The notes under the pieces were generated by a model. That model made no database searches. It saw only the letters and a program-made list of their open reading frames with translations, and was not told where the DNA came from. The position numbers and the translations under genes are program-made. DNA of 64,000 nt from positions 1,691 to 65,690 of the IMG/VR virus record IMGVR_UViG_3300033064_008235, one strand, 5' to 3'. This document shows, piece after piece, positions 28,800 through 39,029 of this stretch. The stretch's first letter is position 1; each line of letters begins with the position of its first letter. The DNA comes from a virus. Taxonomy: Duplodnaviria; Caudoviricetes.

Positions 28800-30282
28800 C
28801 AGCGTTCCGTAATATAAAATGTTTATGCCCGCAATCAAAAATTTTGATTGCCCCAATCTCGCGCATCAGTACCTCTTCGGTCTTGTTACTATCGAATCCC
28901 ATGGCAACTAATTTTTTCTTAGTCCAGGACAACCGATGGTACATCCTACCATTCACGTAGTACCAATATCCCGGGGAAGTAACATGAGTTTCAGTAAACT
29001 TATTGTTATTGTACACTGCCCCAGTACCGTAACGCAAGTCTGCATACGTCACAATGTCATGATTTTTGTACTTCTTACTGATTTCTTTGACAAATTTGCC
29101 CAATGCTCCGGGAACACTGGCTGGGCCAAACGATAAACGAACAATTTCGACCACGTGGGCACTGTTAGAAAATCTATTTTTCTTCATGCAAGAGAGTACA
29201 GCACATAACTGATCGTGATGAAATAGTCCGAAATGCGCGGACGCTTTGCTGTATCCGTGAATGTGAGTTTGTTCCAGGAAGTGTTTTGCAACCGATGACT
29301 CAATTTCTCTAACAGTGCATTTCCTGGCAAAAATAGTTTGGGTCGTTAGTTTTAACCTGTGTTTGATCATTGCGCACACTAATTCTTTGTGGTTTGTCCA
29401 CTCATCGTCAGTTATCATCAATAACGTAATTCCTGCACTGTTGCACATTTTGAATTTTTCATAATGATAGTTGCTTGATAATCGGTCATTACTGTGCCAG
29501 TAAATTCCATTGATTTCTATTGCAAATTTCTCAATGGGAAAATAAATATCAATTTCTTTAGGCGGAATAATTTTCCTGCTATTCTCAATTATTTCCCCGC
29601 TATAGAATTTTCTTACTTCAGCAATCACATCTTTTTCAATTGAGCTTTGTCCACCAGGGGCGGTTGGTGGAAAACACACGGTGCATTTTGGTAGCCTGCC
29701 GAACAAACTAGAGCTAAATGAATTGTGACACCCGGTACATTCCCACTCTAATTCTTTATCTCTAACATGTGTGTAGTCATCAAAATCAAATTTTGGAATT
29801 GCAAACTCAGAAACCTTAGAGATGATGTAGGTGTAAAATGTCAGCTGCTTTTGCCTTGATCGCTGGGACATTTTTTCAATGATTTGTCCCGGGTTTGCTA
29901 CTCCGTATTTTGCAATACATGTTGATTGAAATTTTTGTTTAAATTCATTGGTTGAGGAGTAATGTTTGACGCCGTATTTGATAATATTAGCAGTCTCTTT
30001 TTTAGCTGTGACCTGGGCACTATTTGCAGTGCAACGGGTGCTGCAAAATTTTGCATACGCCCTGCCAAAATCCAGGTACTTGGTGGGTTTTTGGCAGTGA
30101 TTGCACTGGCCGCCGAGGGCATTGTGACTCCATTTCCACGCCTTTTCAGAAAACGATTTACCATCGATCTTGGATATTAATTCAAATAGCTCAGGCTTCC
30201 TGGCCCGTAGTATGATCGATGCCACTCGTGGAAGATTCTTCCACAGCTCTAATATATAATCTTTCTCCAGCTGATAATCCAT
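28792..30282 (-). mobile_element. Free-standing Vsr-like (Hef-type) homing endonuclease inside split gp41
   Basis: EIDIYFP..FAIEINGIYWHS, ARKC, TYADLR, IFDCG; paralogous to 15575..17191. Confidence 0.85.
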
Positions 30283-31513
30283 TTGCTATTGTCCTTAATC
30301 CAGTTTGAGTGGGAAATTTATGTTGTGCGCTGCAATCGATAAATTTACCAGATTTGAGTTTGATTCGATAAACTGGTTGCGTGGTGGTTGGCAATATTTC
30401 ATACACAGTAACTTGTCCGTTGTTTGAATCTAATTTATCACCAGTTTTGACGTATCGAATTTCAATTTCTTTCCCGTTGGCTATTACTTTAGTGTCAAGT
30501 GCAAGGCACCTATTCAACTGACTTGCAGTTACCATCAAGATGCCCAGCTCTTTGGCCAGGTTGCGCAGCTCCTCGCTAACATATTTATCTTTCACAAACA
30601 AGTCATTAGGACTTACCTTTGCACTCACTGGCATCAACAAGTCCAAATAGTCAATCATCACAAAGTCCACACGCTTGCCTGTTTGTATTTGATATTCTTT
30701 CAAATAAGCTCTAATGTCATTGATGTTGCTTTGTGCAGGCAATCCTTTCACTTGATAGTTACCAGATTTCTTACCTACCAGTTTGACTTTGAGCTCAGTG
30801 GTACCAATATCCTTGCGAATATCCTTGGTACTCATATTAGTAAGCATAGCATCGGTTCTCAGACTTGTGAGTTCTTCGCTCAACTCCAGTGTGATGTATA
30901 CTCCGCTCAGTCCGGCTTGAACCCAATTCAATGCTATGTTCATCATCACAAGACTCTTGCCCGAGCCCGAGCCGCCTGCAAAGATGTTTAGTTCACCTCG
31001 ACTGAATCCACCATACAACAGTCGATCCATCTGCGACCATCCTGTGCTAACTTGTCCGCCAGAGTTGAAATATTTCTCAATTCTGCCTTTGGGATCAGCA
31101 AAGTAATCAGTGCCCATGTCCTTGGTCAAACTGATCTGTACAGCATCTTTGATCAGTTTCTCTACTGGATCATAATCGCCCTTTTCCAACAAGTCTGCTG
31201 CTTTGAGAATTGCACGTTCCAGCTCTTGACGTCGAGTGAATGCTTCAAATTCTGCCATGAACCATTCAAAATGGCCTTCATTGAGTTCAGGCACTGGCTG
31301 TAGTTTCACTCCTGTTGTGGCTGATATCTGTGCCCTGTCAGGTAATGTTTTGTATTTGTCTCCGTGTTCTTTGAGAAACTCAGCAACTGGTCTCAAACTT
31401 CGATCAAAGTTCTCTGCATTAAAAATGTTCTGCACACGCACATAGCCTTGTGCGTCCTCTAGCATCATTTCCAAAAATAACTTTTGTACTTCAATAGAAT
31501 AATCTTTAAGCAT
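30191..31513 (-). CDS. T4 gp41/DnaB-like helicase N-terminal part with 105 aa IntN (30194-30508)
   Basis: GGSGSGKS, ITLELSE, MIDYLDL, TASQLNR|CLALDTKV..CSAQHKF. Confidence 0.95.
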   Translation of the reverse strand: MLKDYSIEVQKLFLEMMLEDAQGYVRVQNIFNAENFDRSLRPVAEFLKEHGDKYKTLPDRAQISATTGVKLQPVPELNEGHFEWFMAEFEAFTRRQELERAILKAADLLEKGDYDPVEKLIKDAVQISLTKDMGTDYFADPKGRIEKYFNSGGQVSTGWSQMDRLLYGGFSRGELNIFAGGSGSGKSLVMMNIALNWVQAGLSGVYITLELSEELTSLRTDAMLTNMSTKDIRKDIGTTELKVKLVGKKSGNYQVKGLPAQSNINDIRAYLKEYQIQTGKRVDFVMIDYLDLLMPVSAKVSPNDLFVKDKYVSEELRNLAKELGILMVTASQLNRCLALDTKVIANGKEIEIRYVKTGDKLDSNNGQVTVYEILPTTTQPVYRIKLKSGKFIDCSAQHKFPTQTGLRTIANGLSAGERLYIRAVEESSTSGIDHTTGQEA

Positions 31514-31518
31514 GATTA

Positions 31519-32505
31519 TCAAGAATTCCGTATTCTTTTAACAAGATTTTTTTTCCTCATTTCAATTTTGATCCGACTGGTTTCACGATTTTCAAATATA
31601 GTTAGCAGTGTTGCCAACCTACCATAACGAACCACGCTGTCATTTACATCCTTGATATCCGCAGGCCAAGGTGGCATACTCACTGCCCATCCTAATTCTA
31701 CAGCACGATCCACAAGTTCCATACCTGCCAAATCCTGATCGGGTACCACAGTAATCTCTCGACCAAGACTGCGAATTAGTCTAGCTTGTTCATCTGATAT
31801 AGTGTTATGCATCACTGCCAGACCGCCAATGCTGAGTGCATCAAATATGCCCTCTACCACAATTGTGTTGGTCCAATCCGCATGTTGCAAATCTGCGCCA
31901 AACACATATCCCTGTTGGCTGTCAGTGATGTATTTGGGTGTTTTATTGTCCAAAAATCTGCGAGTATATCCCACAATACGATTATCATGGGTAAATGGTA
32001 TGATTACATTGGGTCGTGTGAGAAATGCACGTTCTCTATGTAATTCTATTATTAATGGATAATCATCTGGTACCTGTCTGTTTCTTACATAGGTTCTAAA
32101 TGGTTCTTGATTGACCAACAATTCTCCAAACTCTGGTAGCTCGCGTTCTTCAAAACTGATACCTGCCAATGTAGAATACAGGCGCTGCCGGTCATCAACA
32201 ATACCGTATATGCCTCGATGTCTTAGACTTTCTAAGTTTAGCATATCAATTTCAGTAACAGGCACACCCAACCAACTCAGCAGCCTACGGGCCTTGTAAC
32301 TTAGTGTTCGGCCAAGGATAAAGCTAGCGGTATAATTGCAGTTGAAGCAATGATAACCCCAACCTTTTTCTGTTGGCTTAAGACCGCCACGATTACGATG
32401 ATCTTTTGTACTGCCATTATGTTGACAACATACTGCATTGAAACTAGTCCAGCCCGACGGCGTGGTCTTTCTTTTGGCTGGCAAATACTCAAGGACGTCT
32501 AGCAT
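31519..32505 (-). CDS. DNA primase (gp61-like)
   Basis: Zn-binding CCxH..HCFNC, TOPRIM VVEGIFDA, VPDQDLAG, KDVND. Confidence 0.9.
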   Translation of the reverse strand: MLDVLEYLPAKRKTTPSGWTSFNAVCCQHNGSTKDHRNRGGLKPTEKGWGYHCFNCNYTASFILGRTLSYKARRLLSWLGVPVTEIDMLNLESLRHRGIYGIVDDRQRLYSTLAGISFEERELPEFGELLVNQEPFRTYVRNRQVPDDYPLIIELHRERAFLTRPNVIIPFTHDNRIVGYTRRFLDNKTPKYITDSQQGYVFGADLQHADWTNTIVVEGIFDALSIGGLAVMHNTISDEQARLIRSLGREITVVPDQDLAGMELVDRAVELGWAVSMPPWPADIKDVNDSVVRYGRLATLLTIFENRETSRIKIEMRKKNLVKRIRNS

Positions 32506-32586
32506 CCTTACATTGTAGCAGAGTTCATGATAGAAATCAACTTTTCAGCAATCAGACAGTTGCCGAATATTGCAATTTGTTATATT

Positions 32587-33675
32587 TTATCTAACCAGTA
32601 TGCTTGTGATAGCTCCACGATTGAGACTGATTGCAGCAATCTGGTTGCTTTGTTGCGGATTGGCCACATATCCTTGGCCACCATTGACAACATTTATGGC
32701 GCTGACCGAGTTGCCTTCAATTTCTGCTTCGGCCACAGCACCTGCACCTAGACCAATGATATTCACACGCGGTGGTGCCAGATACCCGTAACCAGATTGA
32801 GTCACAGTGATAGAGGTTATCACTCCATTGGCTCCGTACGCTGTGGCTGTGGCCAGTTGTACTTGTTCTGTGCCTGGCCATTGATCTGCCACAAGTCTTA
32901 ACAAAGGATGATATCCCAATACATTGATATAATCTGCACCAGTTTTGTTGTAATAGCTTTGCTGTTCAGTAACATCTGTCCAAACTGATTGATAAGTTTG
33001 AGCACCTTGTGCTTTGACATTGCCAGTAAAGTGATCCATCTCCATCTGAAACGTGGTCAAACTGCTGCCATTACTGACCACATGACTGCTGAATCGTTGC
33101 GGGTCATTGAAAACATTTCCAAATGCACCCGGTGGATTTAATGCCCAGTCTGGATAATTGGCATTGAACACAGGATCTATGTATGCGTCTGGACCGTAGA
33201 TGGTAGGAATAGTTACCAAATGGCTGGGCACAAAAGCAGGTTTTACACTGTCTACAATATCCACATCGCCACGAGCTTGTGCTTGTGCATCCACAAACAC
33301 AGCTTCTACTAGATTGCCACTGGCACGTTCTATACTGTAGCTGCTTGGGTCAGGTGGAAATTCAGAAGTTTCTGCAGAAGTCAATGTTACTTTGGCTCGA
33401 CCGTATTGTGCATTGATAATCACCATGTCTTTTTCAATCAACTGAGCAGTACCTGCTAGATTGATCAATTTGAATCGCAATTCACTGCCTGTGATGTTCA
33501 CAGGCTTTTGGTCTTGATTAATAAACTCAAACAAGATCACGTTGTCAACACCTTTGTTGATGGTTAATTTTTTAGCGTACACAGGATCCCACCTCCGGTC
33601 AAAATAGGCACCGCTAGAATCCAAGACCAACACTCGTTGGATTTGTTGATAGATATAGATCTGAGTTGAATACAT
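32587..33675 (-). CDS. Putative virion protein
   Basis: ITSITVTQSGYGY..PRV, AVAEA..I.V.NGGQGY repeats typical of tail/baseplate proteins; late promoter upstream. Confidence 0.65.
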   Translation of the reverse strand: MYSTQIYIYQQIQRVLVLDSSGAYFDRRWDPVYAKKLTINKGVDNVILFEFINQDQKPVNITGSELRFKLINLAGTAQLIEKDMVIINAQYGRAKVTLTSAETSEFPPDPSSYSIERASGNLVEAVFVDAQAQARGDVDIVDSVKPAFVPSHLVTIPTIYGPDAYIDPVFNANYPDWALNPPGAFGNVFNDPQRFSSHVVSNGSSLTTFQMEMDHFTGNVKAQGAQTYQSVWTDVTEQQSYYNKTGADYINVLGYHPLLRLVADQWPGTEQVQLATATAYGANGVITSITVTQSGYGYLAPPRVNIIGLGAGAVAEAEIEGNSVSAINVVNGGQGYVANPQQSNQIAAISLNRGAITSILVR

Positions 33676-33690
33676 ATGGTGCTCCAATGA

Positions 33691-33719
33691 TATTTATCCT
33701 GAGTCTCCGGGTATAAATA
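33691..33719. promoter_or_regulatory. Back-to-back divergent late promoters
   Basis: ATAAATA on minus (33691-33697) and TATAAATA on plus (33712-33719). Confidence 0.7.
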
Positions 33720-33735
33720 TCCAAACTAGTACAAT

Positions 33736-34113
33736 ATGGGCAGAGACTTATTTCAAAAACTTGCAGACAAATATCCGTTTATCACGCTATGTGTGTACGC
33801 CACCAACGAATACGTGGGTATCGTACAAAACAGAGATGACATAATCACCACCATTTATGACTTTGGGAATGTAAAAGATCTAGAGCAAAAACGACGGTAC
33901 TTGGATTTGGCCAACACCTGGTGGTGGGAATCAAATCGTAGCATACCCATCAACATATTCTTACGTGGTGAATGGGACGAATTCCGCAGTTGTTTAAGAA
34001 CTTTTGTAAACAAGGACTTGGAAATACTTCATGGTCCTGTGTGCAGCCTAAACGATATTGTTCGTAGAAAAGGCAAGCGTAAATCAATTACCTTGGTCAG
34101 GCGTATGGAGTAA
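33736..34113 (+). CDS. Hypothetical protein (WWWESNRSIPI motif)
   Basis: 125 aa ORF after late promoter. Confidence 0.75.
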   Translation: MGRDLFQKLADKYPFITLCVYATNEYVGIVQNRDDIITTIYDFGNVKDLEQKRRYLDLANTWWWESNRSIPINIFLRGEWDEFRSCLRTFVNKDLEILHGPVCSLNDIVRRKGKRKSITLVRRME

Positions 34114-34120
34114 AATATAC

Positions 34121-34188
34121 TAAATAAGGGTGTAGTTCGCGATATGGGGATATCCAACTACTCTAACGATCAGGAAGGATCATCAGCT
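34121..34188 (+). promoter_or_regulatory. Late promoter plus structured 5' leader of HNH gene
   Basis: TAAATA; GTAGTT/AACTAC stem with inner GATAT/ATATC; GATC-AGGAAG-GATC hairpin containing the SD. Confidence 0.6.
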
Positions 34189-34926
34189 ATGTGTACTTAT
34201 TGTAGTACAAAAAACTACCGCAAAATCTACGAAAATCATATAGGACCTATTCCTACAGAGGCCGCCGGAAGGACTTACGAAATACATCATATTGATGGTA
34301 ATCGTGATAATAATAACTGCAATAACTTAAAAGCTGTAACACTACAAGAACATTACGACATACATTATTCACAAGGGGATTACGCAGCTTGTAAATTAAT
34401 GAAACTTCAGCGTATGAACAAAACACCAGAAGAGATTAGTGAACTATCTCGTCTTCACTCAGTAAAACAGTTCCGAGAAGGTAATTCTCCTTTACAGAGA
34501 CCAGACGTAGTCAACCGTTCTCTAAAAACTAATAGAGAGAAGCTAGAGAACGGAACTCATGCTTTTTGTGATCAAGAATTAAGAAAACAACAAAACAAAG
34601 AAAGACTTGAAAATGGAACTCATCCATTTTCAAAGAGGGAAGATGGTTCTTCCTTGGGAAGAGACAATGGGATTCAAATGATGGCAGACGGATCACACCC
34701 ATTTTTAGACTCAGAATGGCACAAAGAACAATCAAAGAAAAAACGAGAACGAGGAACGCACAACTTTAAGGGCGGTGATATTCAACGCAACCGAGTTAAG
34801 AACGGAACTCATCCATCACAAGTTAAATGGACGTGTGAGTACTGCGGATTATCTGGAAAAGGCAAAGGTAATTTCACCCGCAGTCATGGAAAGAATTGCA
34901 AGTCTAAAATAAATTTACTCACTTAA
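34189..34926 (+). mobile_element. HNH homing endonuclease with NGTHPF repeats
   Basis: YRKIYE..GPIP, YEIHHIDGNRDNN..NL..V...EH..IH; C-terminal CEYC..H..C; start reassigned to 34189. Confidence 0.88.
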
Positions 34927-35469
34927 AATATTCATGTGCAATTTTACTAACATTGCGTAGGAAATTGAGTGGCTACGCTTAAACGAATAGCCTCGGCTGT
35001 GATCACCATCCCATACTGATTCAAATACTCGAGACCAAGACTGATTCTGCAAGTGTGCCTTTCCTGGACGTATTACCGAGATAAATGCTGCCATCCTGAC
35101 AATTGAATCAGGCCGCATACTTTTCAATAACTCACAATAGTTGCCAATATGAACTAGTTTTTTGGCCCAGACTGGGTCATTCCACAATCTATCCCACGGC
35201 GGCGTAGCTGCCAGCATGATTTCATAATGTGCAGGATCCTGAATCAAGTTGTACACACTCATGTTCAGCAAGTCAATCTTAAAGTAACCGCGAGATTCTG
35301 CTGTTTCATAATCCAACGCTGCACAACCCAACACAGGATCACATGGTATGTCAGTGACGTAGATTCCAGAGTTATGTTTCTTTCCATTACTTTGCCGTGC
35401 TGCTGTGTGCGGGATCAATGCCAGCACAGCATCCCTATTGGGCACGTCAATATCAATATCAGCGCTCAT
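34915..35469 (-). CDS. Miniature DNA polymerase III alpha (DnaE)-like protein
   Basis: ADIDID, HNSGIYV, GYFKIDLLN, SVIRPG, YSFKRSHSISYA in order within 184 aa. Confidence 0.8.
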   Translation of the reverse strand: MSADIDIDVPNRDAVLALIPHTAARQSNGKKHNSGIYVTDIPCDPVLGCAALDYETAESRGYFKIDLLNMSVYNLIQDPAHYEIMLAATPPWDRLWNDPVWAKKLVHIGNYCELLKSMRPDSIVRMAAFISVIRPGKAHLQNQSWSRVFESVWDGDHSRGYSFKRSHSISYAMLVKLHMNILSE

Positions 35470-35470
35470 A

Positions 35471-36163
35471 TCACCATCCTGCTTGTGTTAGAATTTCTTT
35501 TGCATAGGCCTGGTCTTCAGGATAATCAGCAAACTTCTTCTGCCATACGTCTGAATCAATATAAGGCCATATTATTGCCACTTGCTCTGCATTGAGATCA
35601 TTCAAGAACTTCTGTCCTGATTCACTATTGTAAATCACCCAAGCACTTATCCTACCTGTGGTAATTGCATAGCAATTGGCATTTGCACTGCCATATCTTA
35701 GACAATCATGAGATGGAGCATGTTGCTTTTCACTCCACCCTATACCGTGTTCGATGGCTCGAGCCAATGCATCATCTACTGATTCGCGCCGCACATATTC
35801 CACTAGATATTCTGTGTATAGTTTATCACTGCACCAGTTGTCAATTTTCTTGTTGTTCTTTAACAACCATTCCAAGAAACGCACAGGATTGATCACCTTG
35901 ACATCTACACAATATCGTCCCCACTTGACAAATGCACGGTAATAAGAAGATGTAGCAAAGTCATCCCACACCTTGGGCTTGGCAGATCCTTGTGTGTATT
36001 CATAGAACTTCAAGTAACCTTGTAGTCCCAGTTGTACTCCACGTTCCGACGATTCCTGGTAGCGTTTTTTCTGTTCACACACATGCACACTCAGTGTGGA
36101 TTCCTTGCTGAATGATCGATTACAATACTTACACGTGAAGTTACTTGTCGTTGCCATGGTCAC
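35471..36163 (-). CDS. Hypothetical protein with N-terminal zinc finger
   Basis: CKYCNRSFSKESTLSVHVC. Confidence 0.7.
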   Translation of the reverse strand: MTMATTSNFTCKYCNRSFSKESTLSVHVCEQKKRYQESSERGVQLGLQGYLKFYEYTQGSAKPKVWDDFATSSYYRAFVKWGRYCVDVKVINPVRFLEWLLKNNKKIDNWCSDKLYTEYLVEYVRRESVDDALARAIEHGIGWSEKQHAPSHDCLRYGSANANCYAITTGRISAWVIYNSESGQKFLNDLNAEQVAIIWPYIDSDVWQKKFADYPEDQAYAKEILTQAGW

Positions 36164-36584
36164 GTATGAGTTGTGTGACTTCTTTTTTAGTGGTCATTGT
36201 GGCCATCAAATCAATTTCATCTTCTTTGAAGTGTGGATACAATTCACGCAATTGTTTTTTCATAGCCGAATCACCAGCTTCTTTTTTCTTGAGAGAGATC
36301 CAACTATGCCGCATGGCACCCAGGCCTGGACTGGCTGCTGTGGCCATAAGCCATTGTAGTTTAGGATGCCGATGCATTGTGAAGAAATGCTTGTTCAAGT
36401 AATGATTTACACTTTGCACATAGTATTCTTGAAGTTCCTGGGCACCGTCTACTGTGCTGCCCCAACGTACCATAAGGAACGTGCTGAACTTCTTGCGTTC
36501 CTCAGGAGTTAGCTCATCGTAGAATGCTCGGTTCTTGGCATCCATTTGCCGCATCTCGTTGCTGATGTTTAGTTTGTCGCTCAT
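36141..36584 (-). CDS. Putative clamp-loader small subunit (gp62-like)
   Basis: KKFSTFLMVRW, HPKLQWL, helical C-terminus; replication gene context. Confidence 0.55.
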   Translation of the reverse strand: MSDKLNISNEMRQMDAKNRAFYDELTPEERKKFSTFLMVRWGSTVDGAQELQEYYVQSVNHYLNKHFFTMHRHPKLQWLMATAASPGLGAMRHSWISLKKKEAGDSAMKKQLRELYPHFKEDEIDLMATMTTKKEVTQLIRDHGNDK

Positions 36585-36820
36585 GTTGTCTTGGTAAGGT
36601 GATAGATCATTATAGCATGGTCTAGCGCATCTTGTAAAGTAGGGTTAGTTCTGGCTGCTCTGCGTATGTTGCCCCAGAGTTGGTCTTCCATAATGTGGGT
36701 GTGTAATGATCTACCGTCATGCGTTCTAGAATCGTACTCTTGTAACAACTCACGTTTGTACGACCCAAGCTCACGAGAGTATACAGTATTACCGCCATCC
36801 GGACTTTCAAATATTGGCAT
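36581..36820 (-). CDS. Hypothetical protein
   Basis: IFESPDGGNTVYSR motif; coupled ORF. Confidence 0.7.
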   Translation of the reverse strand: MPIFESPDGGNTVYSRELGSYKRELLQEYDSRTHDGRSLHTHIMEDQLWGNIRRAARTNPTLQDALDHAIMIYHLTKTT

Positions 36821-36823
36821 AAT

Positions 36824-37636
36824 TTACTCGTTCACAGTTATAGCATCTTTCAAGTCCAATGTTGCTCCTTTAGTGCGCCATTGTTCAGCAATCAACCTAT
36901 GCGACCAATACTGTGCATCGTTGGCCCTTTCTACTCCCACTGCGATTTTGTTTTTGTTATGAAAAGTGGTATCAATTGATGCGTCCTCAACCAGCATGGG
37001 AAAATTAAATATCCCGTCTGCTTGCAGATACAGTAAATTTTCTATAATAGGCATGGTAGGAACTCCATCATGCTCAATTAAATCCAGCTGATATTCGTTG
37101 TAACCTCGGCATACCTTGTCTAATAGAAATTTAACATATGGCCTTCTTAACAACGAATATGCTCCCCACCAACGACCACGTGTGATCTTCAATGATAGAT
37201 AAGGTTCACCAGCAGGATTACAGTAAGGCATTGTGACTTTGGTCAATTGTATCGCATTCCAAAGTTCAGGAAGATTTTGCACAAACTGTTCCCAGGTAAA
37301 ATTCCAATGCTTTATGCTTTCAAAACTAACGTCATCTTCACAAAAGATAGCGTATTCTTCATCGGTTGAAACGTACCAATTTCTCAAAAGATTTATATGA
37401 GAGATTATGGTTCCCATCTGCGTTTGAACTTGGGGCGCCAACAATCCTGTGCCTGTCACTTGCACATGATTAGCAATTTTTTCAAATCTTTCAGTTATGT
37501 ATACATTTGTTTTTGTAATACCATAATGATCAAATTGATTTTGCATGTATGCTCTACGATCCACACTTTCACGCAAACTGACATAGTTCACCGAAGGGAA
37601 ATTTTTTAATTTTTCACTGTAGGATAATTCTGTCAT
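36824..37636 (-). CDS. Glycosyltransferase family 25-like
   Basis: YVSLRESVDRR, SHINLL..W, AIFCEDDV. Confidence 0.8.
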   Translation of the reverse strand: MTELSYSEKLKNFPSVNYVSLRESVDRRAYMQNQFDHYGITKTNVYITERFEKIANHVQVTGTGLLAPQVQTQMGTIISHINLLRNWYVSTDEEYAIFCEDDVSFESIKHWNFTWEQFVQNLPELWNAIQLTKVTMPYCNPAGEPYLSLKITRGRWWGAYSLLRRPYVKFLLDKVCRGYNEYQLDLIEHDGVPTMPIIENLLYLQADGIFNFPMLVEDASIDTTFHNKNKIAVGVERANDAQYWSHRLIAEQWRTKGATLDLKDAITVNE

Positions 37637-37639
37637 GAT

Positions 37640-38140
37640 CTACCAAGCCTTGTTGTAATCCACAATCTCACAGTTGCGACTGATGTCTTTGACAAAATAC
37701 ACACAGTCTGGTTGCGGTTCATCATTGATGGGAATGCATAACATCTGCCCATTTTTTAATTTGGGTGCATACCATGACACTTCTTGATACACATCCACAA
37801 TTTCTATAGGAGGAAAACTTGGGCGAAAACTGGAGAGAGGATTGAATTGAAACAGTTTGAATCCACGATCATTAATACTGGTCAGTGGTAACATTTCTAA
37901 ATCACCCACATCGGGTTCTCCAATCAACACTTGCCAATCCATGGGCATTTTGATTCGAGCATCGCCTATCTGCAATACCAATGCAGGTGCGGTAAAACTT
38001 TCCAGGAAAATTAAAGGTATGTAATGATAGTCAGGGTTGGCTGGATCAGAATTATCTAATATAGCAAATCTCATGTCATCTACTTCTTCGGGTAAATGTG
38101 TGAGATCATATGGTCGGTTGTCTAATGTAAGGATACGCAT
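37640..38140 (-). CDS. Hypothetical protein, possibly a degenerate Hint-fold protein
   Basis: Hydrophobic pattern parallels intein blocks but lacks C1, block-B His and terminal HN. Confidence 0.6.
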   Translation of the reverse strand: MRILTLDNRPYDLTHLPEEVDDMRFAILDNSDPANPDYHYIPLIFLESFTAPALVLQIGDARIKMPMDWQVLIGEPDVGDLEMLPLTSINDRGFKLFQFNPLSSFRPSFPPIEIVDVYQEVSWYAPKLKNGQMLCIPINDEPQPDCVYFVKDISRNCEIVDYNKAW

Positions 38141-38177
38141 GAGTTTATTGTACTGCATTTTTTATAAAAATACAACC

Positions 38178-39020
38178 TCATTGCCAGTTTAATTTTTCTT
38201 GAGTATAAGGATATTCAGCATCATTATAGTAGGCCTTGCGCTTGGCCAAATGTCTTTTGCTGAATCTGCATGTTGATGTGATATCCCAGATCTGCACATG
38301 ATCTTTGTCTTCGGCTTTTCTAATACCACGCCCAATTGATTGGATTACCCTGGTGAAACTTTTACCGGACTCGATCATGACCAAGTTAAAGATTCTTGGT
38401 ATATTGATACCCACAGCAGCCACACCATATGTGGCCACAATGATTTTGCCAGTGGCTGTGGCCACTTGGTCGTATTCTTCCTGCCGTGCAGCACCTTTGG
38501 TTGCTCCTGACACAAACACTGCTCGATCACCCAGTCTTGCAACCAATTCACGTCCGGGTGCCACACGATCTACCAGCACTAGGGTATTACCAGTTTCATT
38601 CACTTGCAATACCAACTGAGCAATGGCGTCCAAACGTCCTGATTCTTCCAGTAGATATTTTAATTCTTGCTGGTAAGTTTTATGCTCTACTGTGTCAACC
38701 ATTTGCACCACATTCACATGACACTGTGCCAATACACCCCGTTCTTGCAGTTCACTGGCAGCTAATTTCGAAATCACTGGGCCAAGACTTACTAGCAATG
38801 ACTGGCTTTCAAACGCTTCTTTGGGAATGGTGCCAGTCAACCCCCAACGAATTGGCACTTGCGCCATCACACCTGTCAGCAGAGTTTTGAGTGCATCTGC
38901 TTTGGCCATGTGACAATTTGATACTACTGCACCATCTACAATGTAGTTGTGATCGTTTTGTATGTGCAAATTAAACACTGCAGAGGGTTTTGGTATTTCA
39001 ATTCTCTTTATTAATTTCAT
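38178..39020 (-). CDS. uvsW: UvsW-like SF2 helicase, piece 3, with 35 aa IntC (38916-39020)
   Basis: MKLIKRIEI..VFNLHIQNDHNYIVDGAVVSN|CHMAKA, GLTGT, ATYGVAAVGINIP, QSIGRGIR. Confidence 0.93.
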   Translation of the reverse strand: MKLIKRIEIPKPSAVFNLHIQNDHNYIVDGAVVSNCHMAKADALKTLLTGVMAQVPIRWGLTGTIPKEAFESQSLLVSLGPVISKLAASELQERGVLAQCHVNVVQMVDTVEHKTYQQELKYLLEESGRLDAIAQLVLQVNETGNTLVLVDRVAPGRELVARLGDRAVFVSGATKGAARQEEYDQVATATGKIIVATYGVAAVGINIPRIFNLVMIESGKSFTRVIQSIGRGIRKAEDKDHVQIWDITSTCRFSKRHLAKRKAYYNDAEYPYTQEKLNWQ

Positions 39021-39029
39021 ATAATTTCT

